Assembly (NCBI GenBank): GCA_963712745.1 | Contig: CAVQJC010000020.1 | Span: forward strand, 32,001-96,000 | Direction of reading: 5' to 3' | Origin: an uncultured Chloroflexia bacterium | GTDB taxonomy: Bacteria; Chloroflexota; Limnocylindria; Limnocylindrales; CSP1-4 | Length of the DNA: 64,000 nucleotides | Shown: piece after piece, positions 57,557 through 64,000 of the stretch | How positions within the stretch are numbered: the first letter of the stretch is position 1 | How the letters are laid out: each line of letters opens with the position of its first letter | Made by a program: the position numbers and the translations under genes | Notes under the pieces: model-generated | What the model saw: the letters and a program-made list of their open reading frames with translations, nothing else | What the model was told of the DNA's origin: nothing | The model's database searches: none

Positions 57557-58620
57557 CACATCTCCTTCTGCGAAGCATGCTCGGTCTCCGGTGGAAGGAC
57601 GGATGAGGTCGGTCTTACGAGGGGACGACAACCACATGATTCGCGGTGCACGAACGCGGCCCTAAGGCGGACCTCCCGGGGCGCGGCATCCGGCGAAGCG
57701 ATCCGACGCAGGAGTAGGCGCATCGCTTCTCGCCCCATGGAGTAGGCGGGCTGGACGACGGCAGTCAGCGGGGACGTCAGCAGGTGACCGGTAGGCAGGT
57801 CGTCGAGCGATACCACGGCGATGTCATGGGGCACGCGCAGGCCGAGAAGCGCCACCGCCTCGAGCGTCCCGAGGGCCATGTCGTTGTTCCCGGCGACAAG
57901 GGCATCGAAGCGCGCCCCGGAGCCCAGCGCCCCGGTGACTGCGAGCCGAGCGAGCTCGCGGCGCGAACCCCCATCCAGGATGGCGGAATCGTCGATCGGG
58001 AGACCGGCCTGTCCGAGGCCCTCGCGGAAGCCGGAGATGCGATCCTCAGCCGTCGAGATCCCGCGAACGCCAGCGACCATCCCGATGCGCCGGTGACCCG
58101 CGGTGACTAGGTGGTCGACGATGACACGCGTCGCGACGTCATTGGCCACGAGTACTTGGTCGAACTCGGGCGGCCCTGCTCGATCGACGAAGACGACCGG
58201 CGTCTTCGAACGCAGCAGGCTGCGGAACGCCTGCTCTGGCGTGTTCCGCGTCAGGCCGATGACCAGCCCATCGACACGGCGAGAGCGCAGCTCGCGCAGG
58301 GCCACCATCTCCCGGTCGGGGTCCTCACCCGAGTTGACGAAGAGCAGAGTCTGCTGGCTGAAGCGCGCCTCCGTCTCGACACCATCGATGATGCGCGTGA
58401 AGAACGGGTTCCTGATGTCTGGAACGACCAGCCCGATGGTCTCGGAGCGCGTCGATCGCAACGATCGCGCCACGGTGTCAGGCGTGTAGCCAGTCTCTGC
58501 GATCGCTTCAAGCACCTTGCGGCGAGTCTCAGCGCCGACGGGGCGAGCACCCGTGACGACGTATGACGCGGTGGAGACGGAGACTCCGGCGCGTCGCGCC
58601 ACGTCCACGAGCTTCGTCAC
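57556..58620 (-). CDS. LacI-family transcriptional regulator
   Basis: DVARRAGVSVSTAS, GYTPD..ARSL, NPFF, LTAVVQP. Confidence 0.92.
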   Translation of the reverse strand: MTKLVDVARRAGVSVSTASYVVTGARPVGAETRRKVLEAIAETGYTPDTVARSLRSTRSETIGLVVPDIRNPFFTRIIDGVETEARFSQQTLLFVNSGEDPDREMVALRELRSRRVDGLVIGLTRNTPEQAFRSLLRSKTPVVFVDRAGPPEFDQVLVANDVATRVIVDHLVTAGHRRIGMVAGVRGISTAEDRISGFREGLGQAGLPIDDSAILDGGSRRELARLAVTGALGSGARFDALVAGNNDMALGTLEAVALLGLRVPHDIAVVSLDDLPTGHLLTSPLTAVVQPAYSMGREAMRLLLRRIASPDAAPREVRLRAAFVHRESCGCRPLVRPTSSVLPPETEHASQKEM

Positions 58621-58881
58621 GCAGGATGCCTCCCAGAGCGAAGTCTGACGCCGATCACCTTGACGAATCAATTCGGCAACATTGTAGGAGACCCGCCGTC
58701 CGGCGGCGCGGCGCAGGCAACCCAGGACCGACTCCTCAGGCCTGCGCGGCGTCCATGAGGTCGCGGCGAGGGCCCGGACGCTCGCATCATTCAGACCCGC
58801 TCCCCCTCGATGAGCCACGCGGTATCGCCTCGGCCGGGGTGCCCGACGTGGGTCGGATACAGGCGCCGGTGGACCGGTCTC

Positions 58882-59421
58882 TCAGGTGAGCTCGGTCTCG
58901 CTGACGTCGAGCCTCGTCTCGAGCAACTCGGCCAGCTCCTCGCCATAACGTTCGAAGAGCCCTGCCTGCCGCGATGGCCGGGTCATGGGGGGCGGCTGCT
59001 TCTGACCTGGATACAACCACACGACCGCCCGGTCGAGCGTCAGGTCGCAGACCGCCAGCAACCGCCCGATGGCCACGCCGAGCGCGTCGCGGTCGAGCGC
59101 GGACGCCGGCAGCTCGGACGTCAGCATCGGCCGGTCGTCGGCTGAGAGGGCGAACTTGATGAAGGGCAGTTCGTCGTTCCAGCGCAGGAACTGGCGGTAC
59201 GAGACACGGAAGGAGTCGCTCAGCGGCGGCGCATAGTGCACCCACAGCAGCAGCACTGCGCCAGGGTCGAGGATGAGCGTGAGACGGATGTCAGCTCGCC
59301 GTCGCCCGTCGAGCCGCAGATCCCAGCTCGTGATGCCGTCGCGCTCGCCCCGGTCCATAGGCTCGAGTCCGAGCGCGGCCAGCCATGAGTCCACGGTGGC
59401 CGCGTCGACGGCCGGGTGCAT
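58882..59421 (-). CDS. YbjN-domain (type III chaperone-like) protein
   Basis: WDL.LDG, YRQFLRWN..LPF.KF.L pattern. Confidence 0.65.
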   Translation of the reverse strand: MHPAVDAATVDSWLAALGLEPMDRGERDGITSWDLRLDGRRRADIRLTLILDPGAVLLLWVHYAPPLSDSFRVSYRQFLRWNDELPFIKFALSADDRPMLTSELPASALDRDALGVAIGRLLAVCDLTLDRAVVWLYPGQKQPPPMTRPSRQAGLFERYGEELAELLETRLDVSETELT

Positions 59422-59432
59422 TGTCCCGTCGG

Positions 59433-60722
59433 TCAGGACTTCCTGGCCTTCCGCTTGCGCGCACGGGCGGTCTTGACTTCGATGCTGCTGCCACTGGCGA
59501 CCCGCTTGGAGCGGAAGTCCGCCGGGCGCACGTCACCGGCGATGCGCACGTTGCGGCCGATGCGCGCCGAGGCTGGGATCTGCGCACGCTTGCCCACGAC
59601 GGTGATGCCCGAGTTCAGTCGCTCGGGTTCGTCGACGTTGGCGACCTCGAAGTCGTTGCCCGTCCCCACGATGGCGTTCGGCCCGACGTTGACCTCCTTG
59701 TCCAGGATGGCCCGGTCGACCACGGCCCCCGCGCGGATGTGGGTATCGAACATGATCACGCTGTCACGTACGATGGCGCCCGGGTCGACTCGTACGCCCG
59801 GGGACAACACCGAGTGCTCGACGGTGCCGCTGACGATGCAGCCGTGACTGATGAGGCTACGGTGGACGTTGGCGGTGGAACCGATGCGCGCGGGAGCCCG
59901 CTCCTCTGACCGGGTGTGCACCACCCAGTCCCGGTCGTACAGGTCCAGCGGCGGATGGTCGTCGAGCAACTCCATCTGGGTCTCCCAGTATGCGTGCACG
60001 GTGCCCACGTCCTGCCAGTAGCCGTCGAAACGGTGGCCGAAGACACGGGCGCCAGCGTCGAGCATGGCTGGGATGATGTTCTTGCCGAAGTCGTTGCGCC
60101 CCTCGCCAAGCCATTTCTCGAGGGCCCTGGGGTTGAAGACGTAGATGCCCAGGCTGGCGAGGTTCGACTCGGGCTGGCGAGGCTTCTCCTGCCACTCAGT
60201 CACCGCGTCGCTGTCGTCGAGCGTGAGTATGCCGAAGCGACGGGCATCCTCGATCGGTACTGGCTTGACCGCGATGGTCACATCAGCGCGCTTGCGGCGG
60301 TGCTGCTGGATGAACGGCCCGTAGTCCATCTTGTAGATGTGATCACCCGCGAGCACGAGAATCACGTCCGCGCCAGACTGCCGGATCGGATCGAGGTTGG
60401 CCTCGACCGCATCGGCGGTGCCCAGGTACCACTCGCGTGGTCGGCCCCTTGCGAGGAACGGCTGGAAGATGCGGATGCCGCCACTGTTGCGGTCGAGGTC
60501 CCAGGGCCTGCCCGCGCCGATGTGATCGTTCAGCGAGAGGGGTGCGTACTGTGTCAGCACCATCACGTTGGTCAACCCGGAGTTGACGCAGTTGGACAGC
60601 GTGAAGTCGATGATGCGGAACTTGCCCGCGAAGGGCACGGCGGGCTTGGCGCGTTCACCCGACAGCAGCGATAGACGTTCGCCCTCGCCCCCGGCAAGGA
60701 TGACCGCAAGCGTTCGACTCAC
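59433..60722 (-). CDS. glgC: Glucose-1-phosphate adenylyltransferase
   Basis: ILAGG.G.RL..L...[45 protein letters not shown]. Confidence 0.95.
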   Translation of the reverse strand: MSRTLAVILAGGEGERLSLLSGERAKPAVPFAGKFRIIDFTLSNCVNSGLTNVMVLTQYAPLSLNDHIGAGRPWDLDRNSGGIRIFQPFLARGRPREWYLGTADAVEANLDPIRQSGADVILVLAGDHIYKMDYGPFIQQHRRKRADVTIAVKPVPIEDARRFGILTLDDSDAVTEWQEKPRQPESNLASLGIYVFNPRALEKWLGEGRNDFGKNIIPAMLDAGARVFGHRFDGYWQDVGTVHAYWETQMELLDDHPPLDLYDRDWVVHTRSEERAPARIGSTANVHRSLISHGCIVSGTVEHSVLSPGVRVDPGAIVRDSVIMFDTHIRAGAVVDRAILDKEVNVGPNAIVGTGNDFEVANVDEPERLNSGITVVGKRAQIPASARIGRNVRIAGDVRPADFRSKRVASGSSIEVKTARARKRKARKS

Positions 60723-60952
60723 GCCGGGATGCTACACCCGCGGCGCCGTCTCTCGTGGGCACGTTCAGCACACGCCGCCGTTCGCCGCGATGCGTCCGAC
60801 CCTCCCGAAGGTCCTGTGCCCCAGCGGACGGATGCACCAGATCGAAGCCCGTGGGCTCTCCATAGCATCGATTGGCGGCCGCCCAGCGGACGGGACCCAG
60901 CCCGTCGAGCTCGCCAGCGGTGCGGCCGCTTTCAGCACGGGAGAGCCCGCAG

Positions 60953-62176
60953 ATGCCTGCCACCGCGATACTCGAGCGAACCTCGCGCGAGCGCAGCCCG
61001 CGCGCCCTCGTCACGGTGCTGGCATTGGTGATCCTGGCCACGGCCGGTGCAGCCTGGCCTTCGGCTAGCGAGGCTCGCGACCTGACCCCGCAGATCGTGG
61101 CCATCCGTAGGAGCCAGCTCTACTACGAGTCGGTCATGCGGGCCGCCGACCGCGATGTGCACGCCTACAAGCGCGCGCACAAGCAAGCCAAACGCAAGCT
61201 CAAGGCCGCCAAACAGCGGCTGCGCAAGGCCGCTGCGCGCCGGCGCGAGGCCGCAGCGACCCTGGCTGCGACCCGCAGCACGCTGCGGTCTGCCCGATCG
61301 GCCGTCGTAGCCTCGACGACCGAGGCCCCGCCGCCGCCCGACACCGCCACCGCCATCCTCGTGCTTCAGGCAGCCGCAGCAGAGCCCTCGACCGATGACG
61401 AGCCCGCCCTGGCGACCGACCCCCAGCTGGGCTTCCTCGCCTTCGACCCCGCCCAGCCCAGTGCAGGCGTGGCTGCGACCACCATCCGCTCGCCCTCTGC
61501 CGAGGTCACGCTCAAGGACGTCGTGCGGTTGGAGAAGAAGTTCAAGCGACAGAAACGCCAGCTGCGCTCGGTCAAGCGCCTGACGGCACGCGCTGGTCGC
61601 AACGTGCGTGCCAAAGGGAGGAACGTCTCGGCGTCCAGGGCCCGGTACCGCTACGCCATCGCCCGACGCGAGAGCGCGGAAGCGGCGCTCGGCGGGCGCA
61701 TCCTGGCCATGGCCAAGCTGGCCCAGCGGCGGGCGGTCAAGCAGGCCCGCTTCAAGAAGATCAGGACGTCCGGGTTCGTGTGGCCGGCTCGTGGCCGCAT
61801 CAGCCAGTCCTACGGCTGCACCGGCTACCCGCTCAACCCCGCGCGGGGCGGCTGCCGCCACTTCCACGACGGGCTCGACATCGTCTCGTACCGTGGAGCG
61901 CCCATCCGCGCATCCGCCATGGGGGTGGTCTCCTACATCGGTTGGAACCCCTGGGACCAGCACGGACGGGCCTTCATGATCGTGGTCGCCCACGCCAATG
62001 GCCTGGAGACGCTCTACGGCCACGTCCTGCCCACCCGCCGCGTCCGTGTCGGCGAGCTCGTGCGACAGGGCCACGTCATCGGCTACATGGGCAGCACCGG
62101 ACGCAGCACCGGCGTCCACCTCCACTTCGAGTTGCGCCGGGGACGTTCCACCATCAACCCGCTGGGGCATCTCTAG
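60953..62176 (+). CDS. Secreted M23 peptidase with basic coiled-coil N-terminus
   Basis: Signal peptide; HDGLD and HLH zinc motifs. Confidence 0.85.
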   Translation: MPATAILERTSRERSPRALVTVLALVILATAGAAWPSASEARDLTPQIVAIRRSQLYYESVMRAADRDVHAYKRAHKQAKRKLKAAKQRLRKAAARRREAAATLAATRSTLRSARSAVVASTTEAPPPPDTATAILVLQAAAAEPSTDDEPALATDPQLGFLAFDPAQPSAGVAATTIRSPSAEVTLKDVVRLEKKFKRQKRQLRSVKRLTARAGRNVRAKGRNVSASRARYRYAIARRESAEAALGGRILAMAKLAQRRAVKQARFKKIRTSGFVWPARGRISQSYGCTGYPLNPARGGCRHFHDGLDIVSYRGAPIRASAMGVVSYIGWNPWDQHGRAFMIVVAHANGLETLYGHVLPTRRVRVGELVRQGHVIGYMGSTGRSTGVHLHFELRRGRSTINPLGHL

Positions 62177-62269
62177 ACGCACGCGAAGCGCGCTCGGCAG
62201 GGCGCCCGATGGTACCCCGGGGGTCCCCCCGACAGGTGGTGCCGTCCAGCACCGCCGCTGCCCAGCATC

Positions 62270-63340
62270 GTGTCCATGTTCCGAGCACGCCGCGCCCTCT
62301 CGCCCGTCGACCTCGCGTGGCGACTGCTGGCCCCGCTGCTGGTGGCGTCGCTGGCGCTCTCGACGGCCGCCGTGGAGCCGGCTCCGGTCGCGGCCGGTAG
62401 CTCCGGCAGCATCGCCACGCTCCGGCAGCGTCAGGTGCAAGCCGAGACAGCCATGCGACGCGCCGACAAGCAGATCGAGCGTCTCCTGGAGCAGCGCCGG
62501 AAGGGGCCCAAGCTGATCAAGGCCTCGAAGCGCAGGCTGCGCGCGGCCGTGCAGCAGCGAGATGCGATCGGTCAGAAGGCAGACAAGGCCCACGCGCGCC
62601 TCGACCGGCTCACGGTCGAGCTGGGCAGGTCCACGCGGGTGCGTCCCGACCCTCGCGGCAAGCAGGTGGTGGACAAGCCGGCGCTGCGCAAGCGCGTGCG
62701 CAAGGCGAAGGCCAAGGTTGCGGTGCTCGACCGCAGGGTGCAGCGCGCCGAGCGTCGCACCTCCCAGATGCGCAAGCTCAAGCGGCTCTACACCCACAAG
62801 GTCACCAAGGTCCGTATCCGTGCACGGCGGCTCGAGCGTGAGCGGGCGGAGCAGAAGCTCGGGGCTGCCATCGAGCGGATGACGGCGCTGGCCAAGGGCC
62901 GGGCTGACAACGCGCACATCGCGAGCGCCAGGGGGTTCCGCAAGCCGGTGGCCGGCAAGATCTCGCAGCCGTACGGCTGCACCGGATACCACACCAACGG
63001 TCGACGCGGCTCGTGTCGCTACTTCCACGACGGCGTGGACATCGCTGCCAGGCGAGGAACCAGGATCCGCGCCTCAGCCGACGGGTACGTGGCCTATGCG
63101 GGGTTCAGCCCCTGGGATGCCGGCGCGCGTGCCTTCGTGGTCATCATCGGCCACGCTCGGGGCTACTCGACGGTCTACGCTCACCTCCAGCCGACGAGGA
63201 TGGTGCGGACTGGTCAGCGCGTGGAGCGGGGTGACGTGATCGGCGCCATCGGTCTCACCGGTCTCACCAGCGGCCCCCATGTCCACTGGGAGGCCCACCG
63301 CGGCTCGAGGACGGTGGACCCTCGACGGGCTGGGCGCTGA
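62270..63340 (+). CDS. Secreted M23 peptidase with basic coiled-coil N-terminus
   Basis: Signal peptide; HDGVD and HVH zinc motifs. Confidence 0.85.
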   Translation: MSMFRARRALSPVDLAWRLLAPLLVASLALSTAAVEPAPVAAGSSGSIATLRQRQVQAETAMRRADKQIERLLEQRRKGPKLIKASKRRLRAAVQQRDAIGQKADKAHARLDRLTVELGRSTRVRPDPRGKQVVDKPALRKRVRKAKAKVAVLDRRVQRAERRTSQMRKLKRLYTHKVTKVRIRARRLERERAEQKLGAAIERMTALAKGRADNAHIASARGFRKPVAGKISQPYGCTGYHTNGRRGSCRYFHDGVDIAARRGTRIRASADGYVAYAGFSPWDAGARAFVVIIGHARGYSTVYAHLQPTRMVRTGQRVERGDVIGAIGLTGLTSGPHVHWEAHRGSRTVDPRRAGR

Positions 63341-63358
63341 CCGAGCGTCCGCCTCGAG

Positions 63359-64000
63359 CTAGGGCAGGTAGGCGTAGGGGTTCACCGGCGTCCAGTCGCC
63401 GGACCACACCTCGAAGTGGAGATGGCTGCCGAAGCTCCGGCCGGTGTTGCCCATGCTACCGATGCGCTGGCCCTTCCTGACCGACTGTCCGGAACTGACG
63501 GGGTAGGTCGGCAGCATATGCGCGTACAGGGTCGAGAGGCCTCCGCCGTGGGCGATGACCACGATGAAGGCGGGGCTGTACTCGTACGGGTTCCAGCCGA
63601 TGAAGGCGACCACCCCATCCGCGGCCGCGTAGATAGGTGTGCCCGAGCTGTTGGCGATGTCGATGCCGTCGTGGAAGTGAGGGCAGCTGCCGCGCGCCGG
63701 TTCATAGCCGGAGCCGGTGCAGCCGTAGCCCTGGGTGATGGCGCCACGGGTGGGCCAGTCGAAGCGACCGCTGCCGCCGGTGGGCGCGACACCACCGAAC
63801 TGGGCGCTGGCCCGAGCCTGCATGGCCGCGACCTTGTTACGGATGCTGCTCATGAGCTTGGACCGCGCGGCCTGCTGCTTCTTGACGATGGCCAGCGCCT
63901 GCTTCTTGTTGGCCGCGATGCGGGCGATGGCGGCCTTCTGTGCGTCGCGCGCCTTCTCGGTCCTCTTCTCGAGCTGCTTGAGGCGGCGCTCGGCCTGGTG
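63359..64000 (-). CDS. M23 peptidase with coiled coil (5' end outside the window)
   Basis: HDGID and HLH motifs; frame stays open to the window edge. Confidence 0.85.
   Translation of the reverse strand, partial: HQAERRLKQLEKRTEKARDAQKAAIARIAANKKQALAIVKKQQAARSKLMSSIRNKVAAMQARASAQFGGVAPTGGSGRFDWPTRGAITQGYGCTGSGYEPARGSCPHFHDGIDIANSSGTPIYAAADGVVAFIGWNPYEYSPAFIVVIAHGGGLSTLYAHMLPTYPVSSGQSVRKGQRIGSMGNTGRSFGSHLHFEVWSGDWTPVNPYAYLP

Noticed and set aside
60932-63028. 698-aa minus-strand ORF and similar long shadow ORFs (16852-18009, 19255-20724, 29785-30993)
   Set aside because: Antisense to recognisable genes, with no motifs; expected at this GC content
1-64000. CRISPR arrays, rRNA, retrons or recognisable defence systems
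   Set aside because: No repeat-spacer periodicity, rRNA-like sequence, reverse transcriptase or defence motifs were seen

Overview
High-GC (~70% by eye) bacterial window. Gene content and motif style suggest a Chloroflexota (Limnocylindria-like) genome; this is inference only. Several single-base frameshifts in otherwise intact genes suggest long-read assembly errors. Layout: (i) 1-20.5 kb is an accessory region with three ECF sigma/anti-sigma cassettes interleaved with a prophage-like lysis/HNH skeleton, msrAB, an LLM oxidoreductase, tRNA-His with att-like arm repeats, an IS3-family element and three c-di-GMP-II-like riboswitch copies; (ii) 21.8-29.5 kb is a ROK-regulated GlcNAc-oligosaccharide uptake/catabolism operon; (iii) 29.6-32.4 kb is a three-gene unit: a 28-aa signal-peptide-like ORF ending PIRWW, a DUF5317 membrane protein with an LspA-like Asp pair, and a GAF-GGDEF cyclase. 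This is the best candidate for an undescribed system, a peptide-signal/c-di-GMP circuit; (iv) nudF/pncB; (v) a ~24-kb LacI-associated catabolic cluster for an unknown sugar/cyclitol; (vi) a YbjN-like gene, glgC and three Cys-motif M23 peptidases. All calls come from reading motifs by eye; no database search was run.
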